From an uncultured Phycisphaerales bacterium (GTDB taxonomy: Bacteria > Planctomycetota > Phycisphaerae > Tepidisphaerales > Tepidisphaeraceae), in NCBI GenBank assembly GCA_963758525.1, contig CAVWVQ010000003.1, positions 1,632,001-1,696,000 on the forward strand: a stretch of DNA of 64,000 nt. Reading direction: 5' to 3'. The notes under the pieces were generated by a model. It was not told where the DNA came from. It did not search any database and saw only the letters and a program-made list of their open reading frames with translations. This document shows, piece after piece, positions 1 through 10,697 of this stretch. A program made the translations under genes and the position numbers. The first letter of the stretch is position 1, and the number at the start of each line of letters is the position of its first letter.

Positions 1-652
1 TAGTCCCTTTTTCATTCAGTTTGAAAGTCTTTCCTTTGCGGAACCGCTGTCCCTGGGGCCCGGCCTCTTCTTGCGCTTTTTTACCGCCATACGCCTGGCC
101 TCCGGACCATCGACGGAGCGTGACCGCCGAGTACGGCACGCGAATCGAATCAGCGTTGAACTTGTAGCCACGCGCAGCCTTGGTGAGAAACAGAATGTGT
201 TCGTGGGAGAAACGCCAGCGGTCGCCAGCGCCGTCCGGCGCGGCGTCCGATTTCGACCAGATTAAATCATTGCGAAGCGTCCAGCCCGCTTCGCATGCGG
301 CGATTGCGAGTCGCTGAGGGACGAGTTGGAGCGACTTGTTGATATACGTGTCGCCGACAACAAAGAAGCAGGAGCCGTCGGGTTTTGTCACCCGGAAAAG
401 CTCCCGAAAGATATTTTTCATCCGGGCTATATAGTCGCCAACGGAGGTCTCCCATCCCATCTGCCCCCTAACGTGGTAGTCTTTTTGGCGGTAGTAGGGT
501 GGCGAGGTCACCGTGGATTGCACGGAGCCTGTCGTAACGTCGCTCAACTTCGTTTCCGCTGACCCCTCCACAATATCGCCGTGCAGCCGTTCGAGTTCAT
601 GCAGCGGCGCAGTCCGTTTGCGCCCACCCGACTTGCGATCGGAGATCGCCAT
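1..652 (-). CDS. DNA amino-methyltransferase (m4C/m6A, N6_N4_Mtase type), runs off the left edge
   Basis: Manual translation from ATG 652: MAISDRK...VTSPPYYRQKDY...ELFRVTKPDGSCFFVVGDTY...LRNDLIWSK...SHEHILFLTK. SPPY catalytic motif. Absent from the ORF track because it has no stop in the window. Confidence 0.85.
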   Translation of the reverse strand, partial: MAISDRKSGGRKRTAPLHELERLHGDIVEGSAETKLSDVTTGSVQSTVTSPPYYRQKDYHVRGQMGWETSVGDYIARMKNIFRELFRVTKPDGSCFFVVGDTYINKSLQLVPQRLAIAACEAGWTLRNDLIWSKSDAAPDGAGDRWRFSHEHILFLTKAARGYKFNADSIRVPYSAVTLRRWSGGQAYGGKKAQEEAGPQGQRFRKGKTFKLNEKGT

Positions 653-735
653 ATGTCACCTGTCAGCTGAGATGTATCGCGTCACCATCCGTGGGAACGC
701 CGCGCGGACCCCATCCACCATGTTCCATCGGCACG

Positions 736-2003
736 ATGCGAAACGACACGTTAGTCGTTCTGCGATCAGCGCTTGCAGCCCGCCTTCGGCCTGGGAGTCT
801 CCCGTGGTATCATCCGCGCGTCAAGGAGAATATTGGAAGGTTCGACGCTGACACAATCCCGCCGCCGTGCTTCTGCGCCGCGCCGGCTGGCGCAGCGGAA
901 TTCTTTGCGGGTATCGGTCTGGTCAGGCTCGCGTTGGAAAAACATTATTGGCAAGTCGTATTCGCTAACGATATCGACCCAGACAAACAGGAGATTTATG
1001 AGCACAACTTCGATGACGGTCATTTTCACCTCGGTGATATCCATAAATTGAGCCCAGATGATATTCCCGATTGCGAGCTGTTCACCGCATCCTTCCCTTG
1101 TAATGACCTGTCGATCGCCGGGTCGTGGTCGGGGCTAAGTGGCAAGGAATCGTCAGCATTCTGGGGCTTGATCGATATCTTGAAGGCGTTGAAAGGTAGG
1201 CGCCCACCGCTCGTGATGCTCGAAAATGTGGTCGGGTTTCTGCAATCGGGGGGCGGCCAGGATTTTGAGACTGCCCTCTTGGCCCTCAATCAGGTGGGTT
1301 ACACCGTCGACGCGTTTATCTTGAACGCAGTTCATTGGGTTCCTCAAAGTCGGGCGCGACTGTTCGTCATCGCCAAGGCTGATGGCCTCTGTGAAAAACC
1401 TCTCCCCTTTGCGATGGAAACGGACGCGCGTCCCGATGCGCTGTTTACATTCATCAACACGCACCAAAATATTCGCTGGGATATCAGTGAGCTGCCCCGG
1501 CTTCCGAAGCCGCGCACGAGACTTCGGGATATCATCGAAAATTTGCCAGACGACGACCCACATTGGTGGAATGACCAGCGAGCGGCATATTTCTTCAGTC
1601 AGTTCAGCGAGCGCCACCTCATGGCGGTGCGCTTGATGCTCGGTCAGAAGACCTATCAGTACGCGACCGCATTTCGCCGCGTGCGATACGGCAAGAGCAT
1701 GGCAGAGCTGCGCACAGACGGGATCGCCGGATGCTTGCACACCCCCGGGGCGGGAGTGGGCGTCAGATTCTGTTCAAAGCGGGAAAGGGGAAATTCCAAG
1801 TGCGGTTACTGACGGCCAGGGAATGCGCACGCCTGCAAGGCGTTCCCGATGACTACGTGATTAAAGTGCCGCTCAACCAAGCGCTGTTTGGCTTTGGCGA
1901 TGCGGTGTGTGTTCCCGCTGTGCGATGGATTGCCAAGCACTATTTGACGCCCCTGGCTCTGGAAATTACTGCTGACCCTTTTCTATTTGCGGCCCCTCAT
2001 TGA
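736..2003 (+). CDS. dcm: DNA cytosine-5 methyltransferase, frameshifted near 1742-1750
   Basis: Motifs FFAGIG, FPCND, ENV and QSRAR in ORF 691-1812. RLLTARECARLQG and GDAV in ORF 1731-2003. Join falls in a ccccc/gggg run. Start codon uncertain. Confidence 0.9.
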
Positions 2004-2012
2004 GACCCACAA

Positions 2013-2969
2013 ATGTCTTTTGCGCAATACGAAAGCTCGTTCACCGAATGGCACGATGAGTACATGATGAAGGGCGGAGCCGACGTTCCTGCTCGCCTGC
2101 TGACACTCCTCGGCTTATTGGAGCGACTGCGGGAACTTCCCGTGCTTGACCTCGACCAGCATAAAGCCGACAGCGGGATGCAACTCATTGAGCACAACGC
2201 CTTCGTAGATCGCGCTCTGGCACGGTTCGCAGTGCAATCCCCGGTTCAGGAAAAGGGCCGGCGCTCAAACAATTTGCACGCATGGGCGAATTCCCTGTTC
2301 GCCTGGCTCACAGCCGCGGGCTTTCAGCAAAATGCGCCGAACGACGACCTTCTGCTTGGGGCACAAGCGGTCGCCGCAAAACGACTCGCTCTAATCAACG
2401 ATGACAAGCCGCTGATCGCCCGTTACAGCAAAGGAACCGCAGTCGCCGTTATTGCAGACATTCTCGACCAGGCTCAGGAAAAGAAGCGGGCGAAGGACGT
2501 TGCCGAGTACCTGGTCGGCGCGAAACTTGAGCTTCGGTTCGGCGACGGGGTGGTCCAGCCCAAGAACGTAAACACGCCGAGTCTCGGTCACCTGGCCGAT
2601 TTTCGCATTGGCAATACTGCGATTGAGGTGACCACAGTCGAGCGCGCTGACAAGTCTCATCTTGATCAGATCACCCGGATTCTGCAGAACACGGGCTTAC
2701 AAGTCTGGCTGCTCACGAGGATGAAGGATCGCGAGAAGTGGCAGCACGCAGTAGAAGCTCTGTTCGATGCTCAGGTTCTGCGCATTGTGGTGGCAGACAT
2801 AGAAACCTTCGTCGGCCAGAACGTGTCTGAGATTGGCAAGTTTCAAAGCGAGGACGTCGCGAAGGCTCTATCCGCGCTTTTCGAGCGTTACACAACACAC
2901 TGGCTTCCACCGATCGGCGCGGGGGGATTGCGAATTGTCAACATGGAAACGGGAGGTGCCGTGCGTTAG
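2013..2969 (+). CDS. DUF4928-like putative restriction endonuclease
   Basis: YLVGAKLELRF and ADFRIGNTAIEVT (PD-(D/E)xK-like). Lies between dcm and vsr. Confidence 0.65.
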   Translation: MSFAQYESSFTEWHDEYMMKGGADVPARLLTLLGLLERLRELPVLDLDQHKADSGMQLIEHNAFVDRALARFAVQSPVQEKGRRSNNLHAWANSLFAWLTAAGFQQNAPNDDLLLGAQAVAAKRLALINDDKPLIARYSKGTAVAVIADILDQAQEKKRAKDVAEYLVGAKLELRFGDGVVQPKNVNTPSLGHLADFRIGNTAIEVTTVERADKSHLDQITRILQNTGLQVWLLTRMKDREKWQHAVEALFDAQVLRIVVADIETFVGQNVSEIGKFQSEDVAKALSALFERYTTHWLPPIGAGGLRIVNMETGGAVR

Positions 2970-3241
2970 ACAGGGCGTTACCGTCGATCTGGCGTCGCCT
3001 CTTCCTGCACCCATGCTAAGATGATCTCTCGCGCTGTAGCCGCATCAGTTTCGGTTGAGTTTGCGTGGTCATTATAGACCGTGACTTACTCTCGCGAGTC
3101 AGGCGGGAAACCACCGCTCCATTTCCAAGAAATCGGCTTTCAGATTCGCAAGCTGTTGCTGCTCGGCCATGGGCGCTCCTGGTATGGGGAACAAGAATCA
3201 TATTATCGTTAGAATCTGTTGCACCCCAATCCGGTACATCC

Positions 3242-3676
3242 ATGGCGGACACTTTTACCCAGGTGGAACGGTCGCGCATCATGGCGGCGATCAAATCACG
3301 TGATACGAAGCCGGAGCTTTTAGTTCGCAGACTGATTCACCGCCTCGGCTATCGCTACCGGTTGCATGATCGCTCGCTTCCTGGCACCCCCGATATCGTC
3401 CTTCCCCGCCTCCAAAAAATTGTCAACGTCCATGGATGCTTTTGGCACATGCATTCGTGTCAACGTCACCGAAAAGCACCGGCCACTCACCCGGATTATT
3501 GGATCGCTAAACGAACAGGAAATGCCGCGAGGGATCGGAAGAATCTGGCCGAACTGCGTCGTCGAGGCTGGGATGTCCTTACGATCTGGGAATGCAGAAC
3601 GAAGAATGCGGCGGAACTATCAAAACTCCTCGTTAAGTTCCTTGCGATGAAACGGGTAAAGACAGAGGGACCTTGA
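3242..3676 (+). CDS. vsr: very short patch repair endonuclease
   Basis: MADTFTQVERSRIMAAIKSRDTKPE, LPGTPDIV, VHGCFWH and IWEC motifs. Confidence 0.92.
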   Translation: MADTFTQVERSRIMAAIKSRDTKPELLVRRLIHRLGYRYRLHDRSLPGTPDIVLPRLQKIVNVHGCFWHMHSCQRHRKAPATHPDYWIAKRTGNAARDRKNLAELRRRGWDVLTIWECRTKNAAELSKLLVKFLAMKRVKTEGP

Positions 3677-3944
3677 GTTGGTTAGTACAAGTGTGTTTCC
3701 TGCTTCTGTTGTACGGGTTATGCAGGGAGTTCGCATTTGCCGTCATCCTGGAACGAGAGTGGCCGGGGAAGCTCGTCGTGATGAATCGCCGGAGCTTGAA
3801 GAAAGTTCGTTAGTCGGCAGCGGCGTGAAGTAGGTCGGCCCCCTCCGCATGACGATCGCGTGGGGGTCAACTGACCAGGTCCTTTTGGTGACACGAATCG
3901 GTGCGAGCCCACTGGCGGCTCACGTAAATCCTTGTTATTCCTAA

Positions 3945-4018
<74 letters not shown>

Positions 4019-4025
4019 TTCATGT

Positions 4026-5459
4026 TTATGTCGCCGGGGGCGCATCCGACACGACATCGGGAGCCGGAACTGGCGCGGGTGGCGGCGGCGCGGTTTCGGA
4101 TAAGGGAACTACCGCGGCCGCGTCGCTGGGGCGGTTGGTGGTGAGTTCGCCGAAGTCTTCGTCGGTTTCTTCAACGTATACGTCGTCGAGTTCCGTAGCG
4201 TCCACCTCGGCGCGCATCAGGGTGTAAATGATCGTGTTGGCGGAGAAATAGAAGCTGAGCACGAAGGCGGCCAGCATGGCGATGACGAGATAGATCCAGA
4301 AGGAGATGATGCCGGCGGCGAGGGCGTCGGCTCCTTTGAGGGAGTCGTAGGCGGGAGGATAGGCGAGGGAGCGGAGATCGGGGGAGGGCCAGATGGCGGG
4401 GAAGTAGGTGCCGGGCTGGCCCTTGAGCCACCAGGCGGCGAAGAGGTGGGCCAGCTTGAGCATGACGAAGACGAACCAGTGGGCAAAGGCGTAGCAGAGT
4501 GCGCCGTAGATGAGTGCGACGGCACTGTAAAAGATCATCCGCCAGGGGCGGGCGAACACGTAGCTGAAGCTTCGGCTGATGGCGTCGAAGCTGTCGGAGC
4601 CTTCGACGGCGATGGTCGGATACATGAGGTTGAAGCCGGCGAGAGTGCCGGTGGCGACGAGGGCCATGACGAAGCCGGCGATGAGCGCGAGGAAGAAGAA
4701 GCAGGCGGCGACGACGGGCCCGATGTAGGGGATGTAGAAGAGCAGGGCGCCGAAGGCGACGGCGACGCCGGCGACGAGAATGATGATGATTGGGATCAGC
4801 GGGGCGAAGATGAAGCTGAGGATTTTGCTGGTGGAGAAGCTGACGGCCTGGCGGAGAGAGATTTTTTCATCGCGGGCGACGTGGACCGCGGCGATGCGTG
4901 AGATGGCTCCGCCGAAGACGGCCCAGACAATCAGGAAGATGGCGAAAAAGAAGATGCAGTAGACGAGATGGAATCGGAGGAGCCAGCTGGGGCCGATGAA
5001 GAGGAAGTTGGTCAGGCCGTGGGCGACGACGCCCCAGTCGGTGTAGGAGGCGTTGATGATGGCAGAGGCCTGGCGGACTTCGTAGGAGAAGAAGAGGGTG
5101 GAGATGCCAACTTTGGGGCCGAGTGCGCCGCCCTGGGCGCTGGCCCTGGCGAGTTCGAGGGCGCGGGTCATGTCGCCGTACAGCGCCTGTTCTGGCAGCG
5201 GGAGATTGCTGAAATCACTGCGGGCGGCGTGGAGCCAGCGGAGTTCTTCGTACTGCTGAATATCAAAGGCGTTGGGCAGCGACGCGCTGGGCCAGACGGC
5301 GTCGAGAATCCGCCCGCCGGCATAGAGGGAAAAGATCAGCAGCAATCCGAGGACGAGCTTGGAGGGGTGAATGGCGATGCGGAACGCGCGGAAAATATGC
5401 GTAAAGGGGAAAGTCTCACGCCAGTTGATGGCTCGGATCGCCTGCGATTCGTCCGCCAT
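4026..5459 (-). CDS. multi-pass membrane protein of unknown function
   Basis: 477-aa ORF with many hydrophobic helices and host-like codon usage. Confidence 0.8.
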   Translation of the reverse strand: MADESQAIRAINWRETFPFTHIFRAFRIAIHPSKLVLGLLLIFSLYAGGRILDAVWPSASLPNAFDIQQYEELRWLHAARSDFSNLPLPEQALYGDMTRALELARASAQGGALGPKVGISTLFFSYEVRQASAIINASYTDWGVVAHGLTNFLFIGPSWLLRFHLVYCIFFFAIFLIVWAVFGGAISRIAAVHVARDEKISLRQAVSFSTSKILSFIFAPLIPIIIILVAGVAVAFGALLFYIPYIGPVVAACFFFLALIAGFVMALVATGTLAGFNLMYPTIAVEGSDSFDAISRSFSYVFARPWRMIFYSAVALIYGALCYAFAHWFVFVMLKLAHLFAAWWLKGQPGTYFPAIWPSPDLRSLAYPPAYDSLKGADALAAGIISFWIYLVIAMLAAFVLSFYFSANTIIYTLMRAEVDATELDDVYVEETDEDFGELTTNRPSDAAAVVPLSETAPPPPAPVPAPDVVSDAPPAT

Positions 5460-5572
5460 ATTGCGGAAGCTCCTTTCCCTTGATGGCCCGCGGGACCGCC
5501 GGATTTGAACGGGTCGTCCGCCTGTGCGCGGGGATTATAGTCTGGGGGGATGCGGGATGCGAGGAGGCGGAG

Positions 5573-5604
5573 GGCACCCGCCGCGGCGGGTAAACTGCGG
5601 CACG
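5573..5604. repeat. 32-bp palindromic REP-like unit, exact inverted copy at 51517-51548
   Basis: ggcacccgccgcggcgggtaaactgcggcacg. Confidence 0.8.
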
Positions 5605-5619
5605 GAGGCACGAGGGGGA

Positions 5620-5682
5620 CAAATCCGAATGACGAAACCCGAATCCTCGAATCAAATCCGAATGACGAAGCCCGAATGACGG
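5620..5682. repeat. degenerate cgaatgacgaa repeats, related copies at 26123-26285 and 26940-26980
   Basis: aaatccgaatgacgaaacccgaatcctcgaatcaaatccgaatgacgaagcccgaatgacg. Confidence 0.7.
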
Positions 5683-5777
5683 AGCGGGAGGCGCGATCGC
5701 GCTTCACTGTGCGTTTTGTCTTCGTTCGCTTCGTGCCGAGGGTTTGCCGACGAGAGGAGGGGGCGCCGGGAGGCGGA

Positions 5778-5866
5778 GATTGCAAATTCGAAATTTCAAA
5801 TTTCAAATTTCAAATTTTAAATCTCAAATTTCAGATCTCAGACTTCAGACCTCAAATCTCAGATTG
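5778..5866. repeat. heptamer tandem array (caaattt/cagatct), related tract at 6088-6160
   Basis: About 12 degenerate 7-mers. The two tracts flank yacG. Confidence 0.8.
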
Positions 5867-5877
5867 AAAGGTGGGAA

Positions 5878-6066
5878 TCACGATGCTTCGTCTGGCTGGC
5901 CTTCGGGTGCTTCTCCATCCCCGTCTTTCTCCACTGGAATCTGATATTTTCCGTCGAGCCAGCGGCCGAGATCGATCAGTTTGCAGCGCTCGCTGCAGAA
6001 GGGATAGGGACCGCGCGCGTTGGGATCGGGGGCGGGAACGGGTTTTTTGCAGATGGGGCAGTGCAT
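5878..6066 (-). CDS. yacG: DNA gyrase inhibitor YacG
   Basis: CPIC...[24 protein letters not shown]. Confidence 0.92.
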   Translation of the reverse strand: MHCPICKKPVPAPDPNARGPYPFCSERCKLIDLGRWLDGKYQIPVEKDGDGEAPEGQPDEAS

Positions 6067-6185
6067 TTCGGATGTCTGGCGGATGCGATTTCAAATTTGA
6101 AATCTGAAATTTTTCTCAAAATGCAAAATCTGAAATTTCTCAAAAGTGCAAATCTGAGACACTGCGAGGCGCTTCGGCTCCAAGG

Positions 6186-6605
6186 CTATCGCTTTCTCTT
6201 GGAGGATGAACTCTTGGCCTGGGGTTTTGGCGCTGATGGCTCGGACTTAGGGGCTTCGCTTTTTGGGGATTCGGATTTAGCGGGGGCGGACTCGGAGGCC
6301 GCAGGTTTGGCTTCCGTTGGCTTGGAGTCGGAGGACTTGGCATCCGACGGCTTTGCGTCGCCGGATTTGGCTTCCGCGGGTTTGGGGGCGGAATCGGCTT
6401 TGGCGGCGTCTTTGTACGATTCGGAACGATAGTCCGTGATGTAAAAGCCGCTGCCTTTGAAGATGATTCCTGCGCCGGTGCCGATGAGGCGCTTGAGCGC
6501 GTTTTTGCCGCACTGGGGGCATTTGCGGAGCGGGCCGGCCATGATCGATTGGAATTTCTCGAACGCGTGGCCGCAATTGGAACATTTGTAGTCGTAGGTG
6601 GGCAT
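6186..6605 (-). CDS. FmdB-family zinc ribbon protein with low-complexity tail
   Basis: MPTYDYKCSNCG...CPQCG...IIFKGSGFYITDY. Confidence 0.9.
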   Translation of the reverse strand: MPTYDYKCSNCGHAFEKFQSIMAGPLRKCPQCGKNALKRLIGTGAGIIFKGSGFYITDYRSESYKDAAKADSAPKPAEAKSGDAKPSDAKSSDSKPTEAKPAASESAPAKSESPKSEAPKSEPSAPKPQAKSSSSKRKR

Positions 6606-6620
6606 TGGATTAGGAGAATA

Positions 6621-6724
6621 AGGGACAAAGGGACCAAGGGACTAAGGCACAAAGGGGGAGCGCATCGAAGTTGACGGAGCAGAATTTCACTTTGTCCCTC
6701 GGTCCCTTCGTCCCTTTGTCCCTT
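6621..6724. repeat. inverted octamer arrays (agggacaa / ttgtccct)
   Basis: agggacaa agggacca agggacta aggcacaa, then reverse-complement copies. Confidence 0.7.
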
Positions 6725-6725
6725 C

Positions 6726-7274
6726 CTACTCCACCGACTTGCTCACGGCCACCTGGGCGGGGCGCAAAGTCCTGTCGTGGAGGCTGTAGCCCTTGTTGAA
6801 AAGCTGCACGACGGTGGGGACTTTGTATGTGGAATCCTGCTGCATGATCGCTTCGTGCCGGGAGGGATCGAAGGGGGTGCCAGGAGCGGGAGCGATTTCC
6901 TGCACCTGCTGCTGCTTGAGCACGGAGAGCCATTGGTCGTGGACGATTTGCATCCCTTTGAGGATGGTTTTGGCGTCTGCCTTCCCGGGATCGACGGCCA
7001 GGGCGCGCTCGAAATTGTCGATGACCGGCAGAAGGCTTTTGATCAGACTGCTGTTGGCGTATTGGAGGCGCTGATCCATCTCGATCTGGCTGCGCTTCTG
7101 GGCATTCTTGAACTCGGCGGTGGCGCGGGCGAGCCGCTCGAAAAGCGAGTCGCGCTCCGCCTTGAGCTTCTGGTACTCGTCGCCGGCATCGGCACCCGGG
7201 GCGGCGTTTTCTTCCGGTGCGGGGCCTGTGTCAAAATTCTGCTGGTTTTCGTCGTCGATTGGAATGGTTGCCAT
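6726..7274 (-). CDS. grpE: nucleotide exchange factor GrpE
   Basis: RATAEFKN, LLPVIDNFERAL, FDPSRHEA, KGYSLHDRTLRPAQVAV. Confidence 0.95.
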   Translation of the reverse strand: MATIPIDDENQQNFDTGPAPEENAAPGADAGDEYQKLKAERDSLFERLARATAEFKNAQKRSQIEMDQRLQYANSSLIKSLLPVIDNFERALAVDPGKADAKTILKGMQIVHDQWLSVLKQQQVQEIAPAPGTPFDPSRHEAIMQQDSTYKVPTVVQLFNKGYSLHDRTLRPAQVAVSKSVE

Positions 7275-7298
7275 GGGAACTTTCCGGGCCTGATTCAA

Positions 7299-8429
7299 TC
7301 AGTCGCCCTTGATGGCTTGTTTGAGTTTGTCCACGAAACCTTTTCGCTGCGGCATGGTGGCGCCGTCTTCGAGGGCCGAGAATTCACGGAGAAGCGTTTT
7401 CTGCTTTTCGGTGAGCTTGCGGGGGATTTCGACGACGATCTGCACGAGCTCGTCGCCGGTTTTGGAAGAGCGCAGGTCGGGCAGGCCCTTCCCCTTGAGC
7501 TTGAAGACTTCGCCGTGCTGCGAGCCGGGGGGAATTTCCAGATCGGTGACGGCTCTGAGCGTGGGGACTTCGATTTTGCCGCCCAGCGCGGCAAGAGTGA
7601 ACGAAATGGGGATCTGGCAGACCAGGTCGTTGCCGTGGCGCGTGAAAATCGGATGAGGGCGCAAGGCGATGTAGCAATGCAGATCGCCCGGCTGCGCGCC
7701 GTTTTCACCGGCTTCCCCTTCGCCAACCACGCGCACGGCCTGACCCTCGTGGACGCCGGCGGGGATTTTGACGGTGATGACTTTGCGTTTGAGCTGGCGT
7801 CCGGTGCCGCCGCAGGAAGGGCACACGTCGCGGATGACCGTGCCGCGTCCGCGGCAGTTGGGGCAGGCGGTGACCATGCGGAACATTCCGCCGAAGCCCT
7901 GTTGGGCGACGCGTCCCTGTCCGCCGCATTGCACGCAGACGACCGGCGAGCTTCCCGCCTTGGCGCCGCTTCCCTTGCAAGTGTCGCACACATCCTGTTT
8001 TTCAACTTCGATGGTCTTCTCGCACCCCGCGCCGACTTCGGAGAGCGTGAGCTGGACCTGCATTTCCAGGTCGAACCCGCGTTGAGCCCGCGCCTGCCCG
8101 CGCTGGCCTCCGCGACCGCCTAACGCGCCGCCGAAAATATCGTCGAACATCGAGAAGATGTCGCCGACGTCCATGTGCGAAAAGTCGTGCTGCCCGCCGA
8201 CGCCCTGGTGGCCGAACTGATCATACCGCCGGCGTTTTTCGTCGTCGGAGAGAACCTCGTACGCCTCGGCGCATTCTTTAAACAGAGCTTCGGCCTCGGC
8301 TTTATTGCCGTCGGCGCGGTCGGGGTGATACTTCATCGCCAGCCGGCGATAAGAGCGCTTGATCTCCTCCCCGGAGGCGGTCCGGGTGACGCCAAGCACT
8401 TCGTAATAATCGCGTTTTGTCGTGGCCAC
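7299..8429 (-). CDS. dnaJ: molecular chaperone DnaJ
   Basis: J-domain HPD motif, G/F region, four CxxCxGxG repeats. GTG start assumed. Confidence 0.97.
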   Translation of the reverse strand: MATTKRDYYEVLGVTRTASGEEIKRSYRRLAMKYHPDRADGNKAEAEALFKECAEAYEVLSDDEKRRRYDQFGHQGVGGQHDFSHMDVGDIFSMFDDIFGGALGGRGGQRGQARAQRGFDLEMQVQLTLSEVGAGCEKTIEVEKQDVCDTCKGSGAKAGSSPVVCVQCGGQGRVAQQGFGGMFRMVTACPNCRGRGTVIRDVCPSCGGTGRQLKRKVITVKIPAGVHEGQAVRVVGEGEAGENGAQPGDLHCYIALRPHPIFTRHGNDLVCQIPISFTLAALGGKIEVPTLRAVTDLEIPPGSQHGEVFKLKGKGLPDLRSSKTGDELVQIVVEIPRKLTEKQKTLLREFSALEDGATMPQRKGFVDKLKQAIKGD

Positions 8430-8606
8430 GTTCGTTCCTGAAAAAGCGAAAGACACAAAGATAGCGACCGGCTATCTTCGTGTCTTCGCGCGGTCAGGAT
8501 TAAATTATAGGGCGACTGCTTCTCTCAGCGCTGACCGGATCCCCGGGGGATCACACGGCGAACGTGCTCGCCGGCTGCACGAACAACAACGAATGCCAGA
8601 CCCGCA

Positions 8607-10232
8607 TCAGCTCACCGCGCCGGCGATGGCGGGGACGTCGTCGCCTTCCTTCAGTTCCGTCACGAGGACTTCGGTTGTCAGCGCCAGAGCGCTGACGCTG
8701 GCGGCGTTGAGCAGCGCGGTGCGGGCCACCTTGGCCGGGTCGAGAATGCCCGCTTTGAGCATGTCGCAGAATTCGCCGGTGCCGGCGTTATAGCCCCAGT
8801 TGGGGTTCTTGTTGGACAGGATTTCGTCCACAATCACTTCGCCGTCATCACCGGCGTTGTCCGCGATCTGGCGGGCCGGAGCACGCAGCGCTTCGATGAC
8901 AATCTCAAATCCGATTTTCTCGTCACCGCGGGCTTTGGACTTCCCATTTTCGACGACTTCGATGGCGCGGAGGAATGCGACACCGCCGCCGGGGATGATT
9001 CCCTCTTCGGCAGCGGCCCGGGTGGCGTGGAGCGCGTCATCGATCAAATCCTTGCGCTCCTTCATTTCCATTTCAGTTGCGGCGCCGGCCCGGATGACGG
9101 CAACGCCGCCGGTGAGCTTGGCGAGGCGTTCCTGGAGCTTTTCCTTGTCGTAATCGCTGGTGGTCTTGTCGATCTGCGAACGAATCTGGTCGGCGCGGCC
9201 CTCGATCTCCTTGCGCTTGCCGGCGCCTTCGACGATCAGCGTGTTGTCCTTGTCGACGGTGATGCGCTTGGCTTGACCGAGGTCTTCGAGCTCGACGTTT
9301 TCGAGCTTCAGACCGATGTCTTCGCTGATGAACTTTGCGCCGGTGACGACTGCGAGGTCGGCCATGATCGCCTTGCGGCGGTCGCCGAATCCCGGGGCCT
9401 TGACGGCGCAGATATTCAGCACGCCGCGCAGCTTGTTGACGACCAGGGCGGCGAGCGCCTCGGACTCAACGTCTTCGGCGATGATCAGCAGCGGCTTGCT
9501 GGAAGTCACGATCTTGTTGAGCAGCGGGAGCAGCTCGGCGAGATTGGAGATCTTCTTTTCGTGAAGCAGGATGTAAGCGTCTTCCAACACCGCCTCGAGC
9601 GTGGTCGGGTTGGTGAGGAAATAAGGGGACATGTATCCCTTGTCGAACTGCATTCCCTCGGTGTATTCGAGCGTGGAGTCGGTGCTCTTGCCTTCGTCGA
9701 CGGTGATGACGCCTTCCTTGCCGACTTTCTCCATCGCGTCGGCCATGAGGTCGCCGATCTTCTCGTCGCCGTTGGCGCTGATGGTGGCGACGCGCTTGTA
9801 GTCCTCGCGTCCCTTGACCTTCTTGGAGAGCGCGGTGATCGACTCGGCGGCCAGCTCAGCGGCTTTGAGAATGCCGCGCTGGATAACGACAGGGTTTGCC
9901 CCGCCGGCCGCGACATATTTGAGACCATTGCTATAGATCGCCTCGGCAAGCACGACCGCGGTGGTGGTGCCATCGCCGGCGACATCGCCGGTCTTGCTGG
10001 CGACCATGTTCACCAGCTTGGCGCCCATGTTTTCGAAGGGTTGCGGCAGCTCGATCTCTTTGGACACGGTGACGCCGTCCTTGGTGATCCGCGGGCTGCC
10101 GAAGGATTTCTGCAACACCACGTTGCGACCGCGCGGCCCCAGGGTCGCTTTGACGGCCCGAGCCAACTGTGAAAGGCCGCCGGCAATTTCCGCCCGTGCG
10201 CCCGCTTCAAACATCATTTGTTTCGCTGCCAT
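8607..10232 (-). CDS. groL: chaperonin GroEL (distal copy, no GGM tail)
   Basis: [34 protein letters not shown]. Confidence 0.98.
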   Translation of the reverse strand: MAAKQMMFEAGARAEIAGGLSQLARAVKATLGPRGRNVVLQKSFGSPRITKDGVTVSKEIELPQPFENMGAKLVNMVASKTGDVAGDGTTTAVVLAEAIYSNGLKYVAAGGANPVVIQRGILKAAELAAESITALSKKVKGREDYKRVATISANGDEKIGDLMADAMEKVGKEGVITVDEGKSTDSTLEYTEGMQFDKGYMSPYFLTNPTTLEAVLEDAYILLHEKKISNLAELLPLLNKIVTSSKPLLIIAEDVESEALAALVVNKLRGVLNICAVKAPGFGDRRKAIMADLAVVTGAKFISEDIGLKLENVELEDLGQAKRITVDKDNTLIVEGAGKRKEIEGRADQIRSQIDKTTSDYDKEKLQERLAKLTGGVAVIRAGAATEMEMKERKDLIDDALHATRAAAEEGIIPGGGVAFLRAIEVVENGKSKARGDEKIGFEIVIEALRAPARQIADNAGDDGEVIVDEILSNKNPNWGYNAGTGEFCDMLKAGILDPAKVARTALLNAASVSALALTTEVLVTELKEGDDVPAIAGAVS

Positions 10233-10247
10233 GTCTATAACTCCGAG

Positions 10248-10325
10248 TCAGGGTACAGGGTTCAGGGTGTCATGGTTCAGGAGGCCAGTCTTTTACTGAA
10301 CCCTGAACTCTGACACCCTGAACCC
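10248..10325. repeat. inverted heptamer repeats (tcagggt / accctga)
   Basis: Intergenic between groS and groL. A related copy lies at about 40510-40530. Confidence 0.65.
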
Positions 10326-10370
10326 TCTTTGTGCTTTTTGCGGAATGCGTCGTTCGCGCAGATCCGTGAA

Positions 10371-10658
10371 TTACTCCAGAACGCCCAGAATGTCCGTCTC
10401 GCGAAGGATGACGAACTTTTCGGTGTTCACTTCGATGTCGGTGCCGGCGTACTTGCCGTAGTAGACGGTGTCGCCGGCGCGGACGCCGATTTCCATCGGC
10501 TTGCCGTGGTCGTCGAGCTTTCCGGGGCCGACGGAAATGACTTTGCCCTTGGTGGGCTTTTCCTTGGCGCTGTCGGGAAGCACGATCCCGCTGGCGGTTT
10601 TCGTTTCGGCTTCCGACTGCTTCACAATAACGCGATCTGCTAGAGGTCGAAGTTTCAT
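10371..10658 (-). CDS. groS: co-chaperonin GroES
   Basis: MKLRPLADRVIV...TASGIVLPDSAKEKP. Confidence 0.97.
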   Translation of the reverse strand: MKLRPLADRVIVKQSEAETKTASGIVLPDSAKEKPTKGKVISVGPGKLDDHGKPMEIGVRAGDTVYYGKYAGTDIEVNTEKFVILRETDILGVLE

Positions 10659-10697
10659 AGTTTGGTTCTCCTCAATTATCCGCTGCACAACACTGTT

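Noticed and set aside
5778..6160. Repeat arrays as CRISPR
   Set aside because: They are 7-mer tandem units without unique spacers, and there are no cas genes.
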